A stretch of 64,000 nt of DNA, taken from NCBI RefSeq assembly GCF_001194135.2, contig NC_069003.1:19191653-19255652 (forward strand), written 5' to 3'. Origin of the DNA: Octopus bimaculoides (lineage: Eukaryota). Made by a program: the position numbers and the translations under genes. Shown in pieces: positions 52,331-64,000 of this stretch. Position 1 is the stretch's first letter, and each line of letters starts with the position of its first letter. The notes beneath the pieces were generated by a model. That model ran no database searches. It saw only the letters and a program-made list of their open reading frames with translations, and was not told the origin of the DNA.

Positions 52331-53835
52331 AATAATAATAATAATAATAATAATCCTGTCTACTAATGACACAAGGCCTGAAATTTGTGGGGAAAGGACT
52401 AGTCGATTACATTGACCACAGTGTTTCACTACTTAATTTATCGACCCTGAAAAGATGAAAGGCAATGTCGACCTCAATGGAATTTGAACTTAGAACGTAA
52501 AGATGGACGTAATGTTGCTAAGCATTTTGCCTGGTCTGCCAATGATTCTGCCAGCTTGCTGATTAGATAACAACAATAATAATAATATTGATGATAATAA
52601 TAATGGTAAATAGTTTCTGAGTTAGGTATCAAGGCCAACAATTTTAAAAGGGAGAGTGCTTGTCAATTATATTGACCCCAGTACTTGCCAAGTACTTTAT
52701 TTTAATGACCCAAGATGAATGAAAGGAAAAGGTGACCTTGGTGAGATTTGAACTGTATACAACTGGAAGAAGTACCACAAACCATTTTGGTTGATGTTCT
52801 AACAATTCTGCTAGTCTATTATCTTAATACTAATACTAACCATTTCTAACATAGGGACAACACATGTAATTCTGAGAGAGGAGGAGGTTAGTCAATATCA
52901 TGAATCACAAGTACTAAACTAGTATTTTATTTTATCAACGTCAACAGACCGAAGGACAAAGCTGACAATGGTAGGATTTGAACTGAAAACAAAGAGCCAA
53001 AACGAATACTGCAAAACATTTTTTTCCAACACTCTAATGATTCTGCCAATTTAACTCTCTACGAATAATAATTCTTTCTAAATTTGGTACAAGGCCAGCA
53101 AATTTGAGAGCAAGGGAAGTTGATTACTTCAACTCTAGTGCGACCCCTAAAATGATTAAAAGAAAGTTGACTATAAAAGGCGGCGAGCTGGCAGAAACAT
53201 TAGCACGCCGGGCGAAATGCTTAGCAGTATTTCATCTGCCGTTACGTTTTGAGTTCAAATTCCGCTGAGGTCGACTTTGCCTTTCATCCTTTCGGGCTCG
53301 ATAAATTAAGTACCAGTTATGCACTGGGGTCGATGTAATCGACTTAATCCCTTTGTCTGTCCTTGTTTGTCCCCTCTATGTTTAGCCCCTTGTGGGCAAT
53401 AAAGAAATAGGAAAGTTGACTATGGTGCAATTTGAACTCAGAACACAAAGATAAATGAAATGCCACTATGAAATGCCTGGCATGCTAACAATTCCACCAG
53501 TTCACAGCCATAACAATAATAATAATCCTTTCTACTATTGGCACAAGGCATGAAATTTTGTAGGAGGGGATTAGTCGATTACATCGACTCCAATGTTTCA
53601 CTGGTATTTACTTTACTAATGATAAGAAATGTTTCTAATTTTGGCAGAAGGCCAACAGTTTTAGATGGAGGGGATCTATTACATTGATTCCCAGTGCTTA
53701 ACTGGTACTTATTTTATTGATACCAAAAGATGAAAGGCAAAGTTAACCTCAGAGGAATTTGAACTCAGAATGTCAAGTGCTGGGAGAAATGCTACTAAGC
53801 ATTTTCTTCAACACTCTAATGATTCTCCCAGCTCA
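52331..53835 (-). mobile_element. Head-to-tail array of about 6 degenerate family A SINEs
   Basis: Units of about 240 bp, each (AAT)n, acaaggcc, gtcgattac, gtactt, gatttgaact, attctgcca. Confidence 0.78.
53175..53410 (+). mobile_element. Young family A SINE insertion with a 13-bp TSD
   Basis: TSD gaaagttgactat at 53162-53174 and 53411-53423. The CpG-rich head ggcggcgagctggcagaa...gagttcaaattccg is intact. Confidence 0.93.
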
Positions 53836-54429
53836 ATAAGTCATAGGGTTTTCAAGAGTTTTTGAAACAACATTCTAAAAATGATCTTCTCCTAAAGAAT
53901 CTTATTTGTTTCTCAAAAATGGTATTTTATTCCATTAGCCTTTTACACATAATGACAACCACCAAGTTATGGGACATATTTGCTTACGAAAAATGTAACC
54001 ATTTTGGTTCAGATGCTGACAATCTCAAGATACATGGAAGATTATATGCACAGTCAAAATACACATGCTTTCATACCATTTCCTTTCCACAAATTTCAAT
54101 CACAAGGCTGCCATGGCACTTAACCCTTTAGCAACCAGATTTCTTTGTCAAACGTCATACTTATACATTCACATGGTTTTGAATTAATTATGCATTATCT
54201 TGTAGCTTCAAGATTTTGATGCAATTGTTTTATTTTTAGAAAGGTATTGTAGGGTAAGGGTAAGAGGCCAAATCTGGAGGAGTTAAACATAAAACATAGA
54301 AAATGTTGGCTTGATATTACCCCTTTAAATGTTAAAGTGGTTAAAGTGCAGTCCACTAGGATGGAAGCCATTACTAAGCTGTGAAGTGAACTTTTTATGT
54401 CTATGTGCAATTGGGGCAAGATATGTGAA

Positions 54430-54700
54430 AGCATGTAGCCAGGTTATTAGGGTTTGGCTCATAATCATGAGGTCATAAGTTCAATCCCTGGTCTAGGCAG
54501 TGCATTGCTTTCTTAAGCAAGGTGCTTCATTTTATGTTGCTCCAGTCCACTCAGCTGTAAATAAGTACCAGTCATGTGGTGGTGCAGCCCTTTCTCCATC
54601 CAGTTGTCACCCCCTAGATATGCCACTTGTGGCTAAGTCAAGAATATGTCTATGTCTGCCTGCTCATTACTCCACAGACACCTAAATCAATCAACAAAAA
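54430..54700 (+). mobile_element. Family D SINE
   Basis: gcatgtagccaggttattagggt...agttcaatccctgg...ttgctccagtccactcagctg. Confidence 0.65.
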
Positions 54701-55084
54701 CATGGCACATGGTACCATGTCATACTCACTTGGGAGTGACGGTTGTAGTTTTCATATTACATATTCATCATATGTTTGGCTACAAATGTTATTCCATCTA
54801 CCTAATTTTTATGGGTGGGACTCTAAATCTGTCACTGATTTTTGACATTGCTGTCACCACCACCAGCACCACCATGCTGTTGGGTGCCTTTAGTAGAGTC
54901 TACTCTGTTGCAAGCATTTGGATCAGATTTCTGATCTGAATTCCTCCTCTATTCACAGCGCTAGTCTCTGGGGTCCTGCAAAGATGTTATTCCCTTAAGC
55001 CTTAAAACATTAACTACAACTAAACAAACAGGATCACATATCAGAACCAAGGTTTCTTTCAATTCTTCTCTCAATCCACTGAAG

Positions 55085-55124
<40 letters not shown>

Positions 55125-56141
55125 NNNNNNNNNNNNNNNNNNNNNNNNNNNNNNNNNNNNNNNNNNNNNNNNNNNNNNNNNNNNNNNNNNNNNNNNNNNN
55201 NNNNNNNNNNNNNNNNNNNNNNNNNNNNNNNNNNNNNNNNNNNNNNNNNNNNNNNNNNNNNNNNNNNNNNNNNNNNNNNNNNNNNNNNNNNNNNNNNNNN
55301 NNNNNNNNNNNNNNNNNNNNNNNNNNNNNNNNNNNNNNNNNNNNNNNNNNNNNNNNNNNNNNNNNNNNNNNNNNNNNNNNNNNNNNNNNNNNNNNNNNNN
55401 NNNNNNNNNNNNNNNNNNNNNNNNNNNNNNNNNNNNNNNNNNNNNNNNNNNNNNNNNNNNNNNNNNNNNNNNNNCAGTGGCTCTCTGATAAATCTCATTA
55501 TTTCAGTGTGTGTGTGTGTGTGTGCAATCATCATTTGATGTCTCTTTTTCCATGCATTGGTTTTGGCAGTTCAAATGATGAACCAGAGGCTGCACTGAAC
55601 TCTAATGTCTGCTTCAGCACAGTTTCCGTAGCTGGATGATCCTCCTAATGCAACTACTTCAGATAATGTAGTGGGTGATTTTGTTGTGACACCAGCACCA
55701 AGTACCCACAAGACAAGATTCCTAAACTGAGTGAGGTATAGTATTGAGGGATATGAAAGTTATGATAGAGGGGTATATATAAATGGATCTTGGACGGTAT
55801 TTTTGATGATGTGTGTTCAGTTGTTCAATCAGCTATACTACTAAACTCACTGAATTAGTGTGTAAAGTGGATGAGTGTTCCACACCCAAGTGTACCCTTA
55901 ATGTAATTCACAGATAGAGTTGGTGTGACAAAGTTGAACCTTTTGACTCAAAAGTACAATTCAACTGATGGGCTTCTACATAGTTTCTGTGTATCTAATT
56001 TCATTTACACCTATAGGTGAACACGAGGTTATAGAAAGTGATACTTACTCAAAATGCTACGCAATAGAATGAAAACTGGGATTTCATCATAGCAAAACAA
56101 ACTTAAACATTTGCCCATACTGCATTTGCCTTGCTCTCTTG

Positions 56142-56172
<31 letters not shown>

Positions 56173-56175
<3 letters not shown>

Positions 56176-56335
56176 TCATCATCATCATCATCATCGTTTA
56201 ACGTCCGCTTTCCATGCTAGCATGGGTTGGACGATTTGACTGAGGACTGGTGAGACCGGATGGCAACACCAGGCTCCAATCTAAATTTGGCAGAGTTTCT
56301 ACAGCTGGATGCCCTTCCTAACGCCAACCACACAA
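56173..56335 (-). mobile_element. Family C: short RTE-type 3-prime end with a (GAT)n tail
   Basis: catcatcgtttaacgtccgctttccatgctagcatgggttggacg...ctggatgcccttcctaacgccaacc is homologous to 24710-24845. CpGs are retained. Confidence 0.8.
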
Positions 56336-56953
56336 TGATATTGCTTCCAATGAAACTTGATTTTTATGACTATACCAACTATGATTTCTGTCTGCTCCCT
56401 CAGCCCTACCCCTAACAGACACTGCCCCTTTGTTCTCTCAGACTTAGATATACAAGGATTTGATAAACAAGTCTATAAATTAAAAACTGACCCCATAAAA
56501 ACAAAAAATCAGTGTAAAGCAGGGTCTGTAACAATGTATATCTTCTTGATACCTTAGTAGCTTCTGTGCTGGAGTGAAGGCAGCATGTTCTTTGTCTATC
56601 TCCTTAACTTCTTGGAAATTTTACGCATAATTATACTAATGTGTGCATCTGTTTTAATTTAATCAAATTCTATGTCTTTGTGCAGCTGAGGATTGCGCTG
56701 CATTTTAAGTTGATATAATGATTGCATTGTTCAATTAAATGGAGTTGCATGAAACGATCGTACTGCATTACCTCTGGATACCCTTGTTGCTTATTTTGAT
56801 TGATTGATTGATTGTTTGTTNNNNNNNNNNATGTATGTATGTATGTATGTATGTATACATAAATGATGTGTGTAGTCTCCTTCTGCTGATTTAATTCTAT
56901 TTCTCCTGCTTTGTTGCTTTGTGCCATTATGTATATATATATATACACACACT

Positions 56954-57150
56954 ATTATGAGAATGTTGTTGACAGTCATTTTGAAGTTTCAACCAGCTAA
57001 GCTGTCAGCAGTCTGATGATGGCTTAGCTGGCTGAAACTTCAAAGTCACTCTCAACAACATTCTTGTAATAAATTTGTACTCTACAAAAGTAAAGATTAA
57101 AGTAAAATTGCTTTTATTATAACTGAACATAAAAACAAACATTTATATGT
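56954..57150 (+). mobile_element. Family E fold-back element with a hammerhead-ribozyme-like motif, copy 2
   Basis: 54-bp arms 56954-57007 and 57017-57070 (46/54 identical). CTGATGA at 57013-57019, GAAAC at 57034-57038, GTC at 57045-57047. Confidence 0.7.
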
Positions 57151-57404
57151 GTGTGTGTGTGCATGCAAGTGTTAAAATAGCCAAATAATTTCCTTTCAAA
57201 CAGGTTATATTATCAAAGACATGACTGTTTGTCTTCAATCTTTTTTATTAAGAGATTTTCATATTAATCCTTTAGCATTTAAACCAGCCATATCTGGCAC
57301 AAATATTTTGTTTTATGCTCAAACTGGCCAGACATAACCTTGCAAACCTACCCTATAATCTCTTTCTAATAATATACAATCACATCAGCAAAAGCTATGA
57401 TATA

Positions 57405-57780
57405 TCTTCTATCTTTTACTTGTTTCGGTCATTAGACTGTAGCCATGCTGGGACACCTCCTTGAAGAATTTTTAGTTGAATGAATCGACCCCAGTACTTT
57501 TTTTAAAGCCTGGTACCTATTCTATTGGTCTCTTTTGCAGAACCACTAAGTTATGAGGATGTAAACACACCGACACTGGTGGGGGATAAACATAGACGCA
57601 AAGACACACACACACATATGAGGTTCTTTCAGTTTCTATCTACGAAATCCACTCACAAGGCTTTGATTGGTCCAAGGCTATAGTAGACACTTGCCCAAGG
57701 TGCCACACAGTAGGATTGAACCCAGAACCATGTGGTTGGGAAGCAAGCTTCTTACTACACAGCCACACTTGCACCTATAT
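57405..57780 (-). mobile_element. Family B SINE, full length
   Basis: All modules are recognisable. Confidence 0.85.
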
Positions 57781-58244
57781 GCATGATTAATTCAAAATGA
57801 TATGAACAAATAAACGTTACACATGACAGAGTAATCTGAATTCCAAAGGGTTAACTCAATAATTTGACTGGTTATATATTTTATAAACTTCCCACTTCTC
57901 CACCAGAAACATAAAAGGAAAGGTTGACCTTGATAGGAATTGAATATAGAACACAAAGATGTGTGAGTAAATACCAAAGGGCATGCTGGCCAATGCTCTA
58001 ATGATTCTATCAATCAGGTACTGAAGCTAATAAAAGAAGATTAAGACTGTCTGGAAAGTCTTACAAAATTCTTAATTAGCTTGTTAGAGTCCGTCAAGTA
58101 ACAATTTTTCTCCTCTTTTATTTCCTTTTCTTTAAGCACTTGAAATAGAAAAATCTAATTAAAAGCCTGTCATTAGTGATGCATAGAACATTGGAACGAT
58201 GTAGAAAAAAAATTACAAGATGAAAAAGTTTTAATCAAAAATAC

Positions 58245-58339
58245 CTTAATAAGACCACTTTTAGTACAGGTTGTGTTAACCCTTTAATGATAGCTGAAGC
58301 GTTTAAGTGACTCCTGCCATAGAGAACTTGTCCATTCAC
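58245..58339 (-). CDS. MPDZ: Exon a: VNGQVLYGRSHLNASAIIKGLTQPVLKVVLL(R), C-terminal half of the PDZ8-equivalent
   Basis: 95 nt. Acceptor ttttctctttttgcag, donor AG|gtattt, phase 0 to 2. Matches MPDZ INGQILYGRSHQNASSIIK. Confidence 0.95.
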
Positions 58340-58974
58340 CTGCAAAAAGAGAAAATAAATTAAATAAATAAGAAAACAACATACAATGACAATATAATCG
58401 ATAAGTGTCAATGTTTATTAATTAGTTTGGAAACAATATTATTGATTGAGACTAAATCTTTTCCAAATTTTGCACATGACTCCAGAATCATTCTAAAATA
58501 ATGCATGAAGAAAAATATCCATAGTTTGAGGTTCCCCAAGAGTACAACTGGGAGGGTTCAAGAAAAGAGATGTTGAATGACTACAGTTGTAATGGAGTGG
58601 TAGTGGAGTAGAGGTGTTAGGGTGAAATATAGAAACATCAGTCTATGATGCCAATGCCTCTGTTTTCCTTTCTCTTAATTTTCTCTAAGTTCTCTCTTTC
58701 TCTTTATTTATCCAGCTCTCTTTTTTCTCACTGTCTCACTTTCACACATTCTTCCTGTCTGTCTCTCTCACTCACAACAAACACATTTACTCACTCAACT
58801 CTCTTAGACAACAAAGTATAGACAAATATAATTTTTTTTCACTCTTTGTTAATCAAAATTTAACGTTGCTAATGTGTGAAATACAATGTGATTGTGTGTT
58901 TGTCTTTCTTTGTGTATGTGGGTGTGTGTAGATACTCACACACACAAACATATGGATGTGTATATGTGTGTGTG

Positions 58975-59400
58975 TACACAGGGTGCGGTGAATAAACTGC
59001 CGTCTAAATTACACAAAAATGAAAATAACACTGACATCTCATTTTAACAGATATGCTTACCAAAATTACATAAAAATATCTTGAAATACTGAAGTGTAAA
59101 TTTATTCAATGCAAGGGTATTATGCTCATACGATAAAGGTAATGAACAAAGATAAACAAGAGTTTATCAGGAATCAAATTAAAATCAGGCAGGAAATGGA
59201 GGAATCTTGATCAACTAACATTGACTATTATTGACAAACATCAATTATTACTTTTTAATACAAAACTTTATCCCATCTAACAGCCGTTTCTGCTTCCAAT
59301 GTCCTACAGTGTTGCCATTGAAAATTCTGAGAATAATGTTTGTCATATTTTCTAACACATCCGATCTGGAACATAGAGCTTCATCAGAGTGAAGAAAAAT
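58975..59400. mobile_element. Possible Tc1/mariner-type end fragment
   Basis: Starts (ta)cacagggtgcggtgaataaactgcc, which resembles a Tc1 TIR. No matching opposite TIR found. Confidence 0.3.
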
Positions 59401-61149
59401 ACATAAAAGAAAAGAAAAGAGGAAGAGCCCCGAGAAGAGGAATGAAGGCTTAATATATTTAAATCATACCATTTTGCAGTGTAACGTTTCAGAACGTTGA
59501 GTAAATGACTTAACTTGAAATATTAATTAGTAGGTTAATCTATCTTTAGGGGTAACAGGGTGTATAAATAATAAAAAATGTAAAATAAATACTTTACCAT
59601 AACAGGATACGCCAATAAGTCTAGGAAAAGGGGGATTGATAGTGCCATAACTTTTAGAAGTAACCATAATTAGTTCTTAAGATTATGTTAATAATACTAA
59701 TTAATATTTTATACAAATGAAATGCCCATCAATTAATTAAATTTATTTACTTACTAATATATTGTAAAGACCAAACATCTATTGTCTGTAACCAAAGTCC
59801 AGCTCTCAATATAATTGATCAGTTAAATTTAAAAACAAAGGGCAAGCTATTAAGACCATTATATGGGTGGATGTTAATAAAAAGTAAAAGTATGGAAAAT
59901 TAATATACATTATAAGTGGCCCAAGACCGCTTGGGACATTATAAATAAAACAACCAAATATATAAACAAGCACCATACGAAGGAAAGAACATTGACCACA
60001 GAGTCATTAAAACCTAGAGAGGTCCCTATTTGGACCATTTTGGGTTAAGGCAGTTGGGGGGGGGGAAGATTGGACAAAAGCTATAAATTAGGAGTGAAAG
60101 GTTAGTAGATAAAGAAAGGAAGTTAATTAGCAGGGAAGGGATTAGGGAGGGGGTAAAAGTGGAACTACAGTTAAGGGTAGATTATCGTTAAGGGGAGGTA
60201 AGGGCTAGGGCAGTGACCTTCCATTAGAGAAATATAATATTAAGTCTATCTTCTGAAATAACAACCACAGTACTCAAGTGGTGGTCTTACTAAACAAACA
60301 GTAATTGTCTAAACATTCCTAAAGACATTCATCCTAATGGTCCCATGAAAAGGTGCAAGTACAAATCCCCAAATTAACTAAATGATTACAATGATGCTAA
60401 TTACTATTATAGTTACAGATACAGGGTCCTACTACAGTTTGCTCAATCATACTTAATATATATTATTATTATTATATTGTTAATATTACTAACCTTGTTG
60501 ATATATCAACCCTTGCTTGGGTGCATACATATGGGGCCTACCGCAAATTACACTTCCATTCATACAAAAATATGCCTAAGGGCAATAATAGTTCAGAGGA
60601 AAGCACCTACTGCAGTACAAAGTACAAACAAATACAATCTAAAGAGGTGTGAAGTTAATATTAAGTTGTTAAATTATGTTATACGGGGTGGAGGGTTCTG
60701 AAATGTGTAAATCTAATGGGGTGGGGGTCATCAATAAATGGAAGTAGACCCGTATTCTGACTTAAAATTAGGCCCAGTATGAAATTAAGTTAAGTTAAAC
60801 AAGCTAACACATGGGGTAGAAAGTAAAGTTAGTTGCAAATAAAGCCATTGCTGAGGTGGCAGGTACAGGCTCACTTAGGGGTGATGGTGGTAATTGTAGG
60901 AGATTGGATACTTATGCCCTATGTATTCTAAATTAGGTTCATAGCTGAAAGGACTGGTATTATTAAAGGGGGTGAGAAGGTTATATTAAGGAGAGAGAGA
61001 GTAATAAATATATTATGTAATTTAGTTATGTGTGGGAGGTGGGATTTAAACTTGGATATGTTGGTATAGGGATATTAATCCTGGATGACGTATAAGAGAC
61101 CTAAGTGTGTAAAACTATAAAACTAGCTTTAATTAGAAGTTAATCCATG

Positions 61150-61410
61150 CCATCATGGAGGAAGCAGGTTAAGGAGGGGGTTGACTCTTTTGAGCATGAA
61201 TATTTTAAGCGTGCTGCTCAAAAGTCCACTGCTGGTGTAGTGAATGGGGAAAGCTTCATCTGCAATGTTTGCAGTTATGTATGCTTGTCAAGAGCAGAGC
61301 CCATTAGCCACCAATGAAGCCACAAATGTAAAATATAAGTTAGTCCTAGAGCGCACTATGTTCCTGAGGGTCAGCAATGGTCTTCCTTGGTCATGAGTGA
61401 ATGGCCATTA
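61150..61410 (+). mobile_element. RTE-clade LINE extreme 3-prime end with a C2H2-like finger
   Basis: Reads FICNVCSYVCLSRAEPISHQ*SH, like the RTE terminal motif CxxCxxxCxSRIGLxSH, followed by a short UTR. Confidence 0.65.
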
Positions 61411-61559
61411 TATATATATATATATTCATTTTTCTTTCTTTCTCTTCTTTCTTCCCTTCTTCTATTACTTATTTTTCCCCTCATTTATATATTCGTCGTA
61501 TACTATGCCCACCACACATTCTGATTGAATCTTTGTGTCAACATGCACCTCCTTACAAC

Positions 61560-62290
61560 AATGTAGCCTTTAATCTAATCAAGATACCTTTGGCCTGAAG
61601 AGTAGCCAGCAGTATACACCTCACTTGGATTTTATCACATCTGAGGTTCCACTCACTATGAAACATGTAGCCCAGATTTCCCATACTCCATTCTGTAACT
61701 CTTGTACATATACTGTGAATGCCTTGCTTCCCTGGGAATAGATACATTGAAGCTCTGATGTCTGACAACTGACTTAGTAAACTCCCACAAAATTATTAAC
61801 CATCTCTGTCCCTGGATCTGAATGAGTGCATATCCATATAGTGCTAAGTAATGCCATTGGATGGTGTAAAGGTGGCTCTGTATACTATGGCCCTTGAAAG
61901 ACAAGATCCTTCAAGAGGGCACAACAACCACCTTGAGCACCTTTTTGAGCTCCATGTGTTTAACACACGTGGGCATTCTTACAAACAGCACAGCTCCCAC
62001 GACTTTCAGAAAAAGTTTTTCATACTCAGAGTTGCTGAAGCATGGAACAAACTACCTGCATCAGTTGTAAGTTGCCGAGACATTGCATCCTTTAAAACCT
62101 CCATGCTTCTTGAAATTCACCAACACTACACCTGATATCCTCCCCTCCATACGCATGCAGACATGTATATCATGGCTCATACACTGTTCACTTTCCTGAC
62201 TTTCGTACATAATTCTATCAACTGTATGTGCACCTTTGATGAGTTGTAGTGCACCCAAGCACTATATACAATAATTTCATTATTATTATA
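61560..62290 (+). mobile_element. CR1/L2-type LINE 3-prime fragment, interrupted
   Basis: Reads TRGHSYK...KKFFILRVAEAWNKLPASVVSCRDIASFK, like the CR1 motif TRGH..KL...FFS.RVV..WN.LP..VV.A.S...FK. Ends in an (ATT)n tail. Confidence 0.82.
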
Positions 62291-62751
62291 CATATACATG
62301 TATTGCGAGCTGGAGTGAACTACTGCTATGTTTAGTGGATGAGTATCCATCACCAAGGAGGATCATAAGAAGGTCGAAACAGTATGACCTGATGGTCTCA
62401 GGGATAAAATAGTAGGGAGTTCCCTCCTCACTTGCAATATATATTGAGTGCAGAGTGCACTGCCATAACCAGCTGGAGGAGGTGTCCTCCAGGAGTTAAA
62501 ATAACAGTATCATCACTTCCTAGGGAAGAGCAGTGTTTAAGTGGCATTAAACACTACTTGTTAGTATGAATACTTCTTTCATCTCTTAGAGATTTTCTTG
62601 ACTATATATATATATATCCCCACACATGTATACACACTTACAGACATACATAGTGAAGAATATATGGTATAAAATAAATTATGAGTTTTATATAGATATA
62701 TGGAGAGAGAGAGAGGGGGGAGGGAGAGGGAGGGAGAGAGAGGGAGAGAGG

Positions 62752-62792
<41 letters not shown>

Positions 62793-63179
62793 AGCATCAA
62801 TATGTCTACGTATGAAGTAACAATGAAATAGAGAGACAAAGTTTAGTGCTTGAGACTTCATCTCTCCAGAATGATCACCATTGGAAAAGATTAAAGAATT
62901 AATCTGTTCTTTTCCTCTAAGAACAGAATCAAATTCTTACTGTTGCAGAGAAACAAATGTAAAAAAAAAATGAGGTTTTGAAGAGAAACAGAAAAAAAAA
63001 CAAAATGTAACAAAAGCAAAAAAAAAAAAAAAAAACCTCCAAAAAGACCAGCATTTTATTTCTACTTGCCAGACAAGATAGAAGAGAGAGAGAATGAAAG
63101 AAAGAAAGGGGAGAAGGTAAGAAAAGAAGAAACTGAGGGAAGAAAAAAGCATAGCAAAGGATTGTTTGTTAATGCTGTT

Positions 63180-63340
63180 TTGTTGATGGTGGTGGCTGTG
63201 GTAGGTGTTGCTTTAGTGGTGGTGGTTGTGATGGTGATGACAGTTGTTGTTGTAGTTGTGGTGGTGGTGATGGCTGTGATTGTTGCGTGGGAGGTTGCTG
63301 TTGGGGTGGTTATTGTAGTTGTGGTGGTGGTAGTGTGTAA
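63180..63340. repeat. Degenerate (GTG/GTT) trinucleotide tract followed by TG/CA-rich low-complexity sequence
   Basis: Visible low-complexity sequence. Confidence 0.8.
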
Positions 63341-64000
63341 TATATTCTTTGAAACATTCTCACAATATCAATAGTTCTGGATGTGTGTGTGTGTGTGTGT
63401 GTGTGCATTATATGTATGTGCGTGCGTTATATGTGTGTGCATCATTGTATAACTTCAAATAAGTTATTTCCTTATGCATTGATAACACACACACAAATAC
63501 ACATGGGATGCACAAATATGCATGTGTTTGTGCATACACATGCACAGATAGATGTCTTTATAAATCAGGACAAACATATCTGTTGAGATACAAATATGTA
63601 AGCATATACAGACTTGTATACTCAAATACATATATGCATACACAACTATACACACATACACACACAGACATATCTACATACACTCACATATATGAAATGT
63701 GTATGTGCATATATATATGTACACACACCCACATAGACACATACGCAATTAGACATACATAGACAATTATAAAGCAATCACACATGTAGATAATGCTTTT
63801 TCATTGAGTACATTGATAACATACATATATACATTCACATATGCAGACATGTACACAAACACGCACATACAAACATTCACCACTCACCCACTCATTTACC
63901 CACAGAATGATAGACAAATGCTTGCCTTTACAAATACCAGAATTACAAAAGAGTTGAATGGCTCCTCAGAACATCACCTATGAAATAAGCCAGAAAGACA

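Noticed and set aside
59880-61140. Mitochondrial insertion (NUMT)
   Set aside because: No recognisable mitochondrial protein or rRNA motif in the frames I tried under the invertebrate mitochondrial code.
63935-63977. Acceptor followed by GDVLRSH, resembling the expected upstream GDELLE exon
   Set aside because: Wrong phase and an in-frame stop. It cannot splice in phase 0 to exon a.

Overview
AT-rich, microsatellite- and SINE-dense animal genomic DNA with six N-gaps. The repeat landscape looks like an octopus (coleoid cephalopod) draft assembly; this is an inference. The only protein-coding gene I can support is on the minus strand: an internal part of an MPDZ/MUPP1 (PATJ-family) multi-PDZ scaffold gene. 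I traced 11 GT-AG exons from 58339 down to 8348. Their phases join into 1309 nt of open frame (436 codons + 1 nt), covering the end of the PDZ8-equivalent and the PDZ9-, PDZ10- and PDZ11-equivalent domains. The start codon is outside the window and no further downstream exon could be identified. The introns hold several tRNA-headed SINE families built from shared modules, RTE and CR1 LINE fragments, a Tc1 transposase relic, a CpG-rich LTR-like element, minisatellites and many fold-back palindromes. The main leads are: (1) a fold-back repeat family whose two copies together rebuild a minimal type I hammerhead ribozyme of the Penelope type; (2) a 36-nt degenerate copy of the PDZ9-equivalent exon end, 155 nt downstream, with a Y-to-F change at the specificity residue; (3) long intronic hairpins and inverted SINE pairs close to exons, which are candidate ADAR substrates; (4) a young SINE with a 13-bp TSD inside an older SINE array; (5) a candidate poison exon. 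Exon coordinates are exact by hand count. Repeat boundaries are approximate. Family labels A-F are my own.
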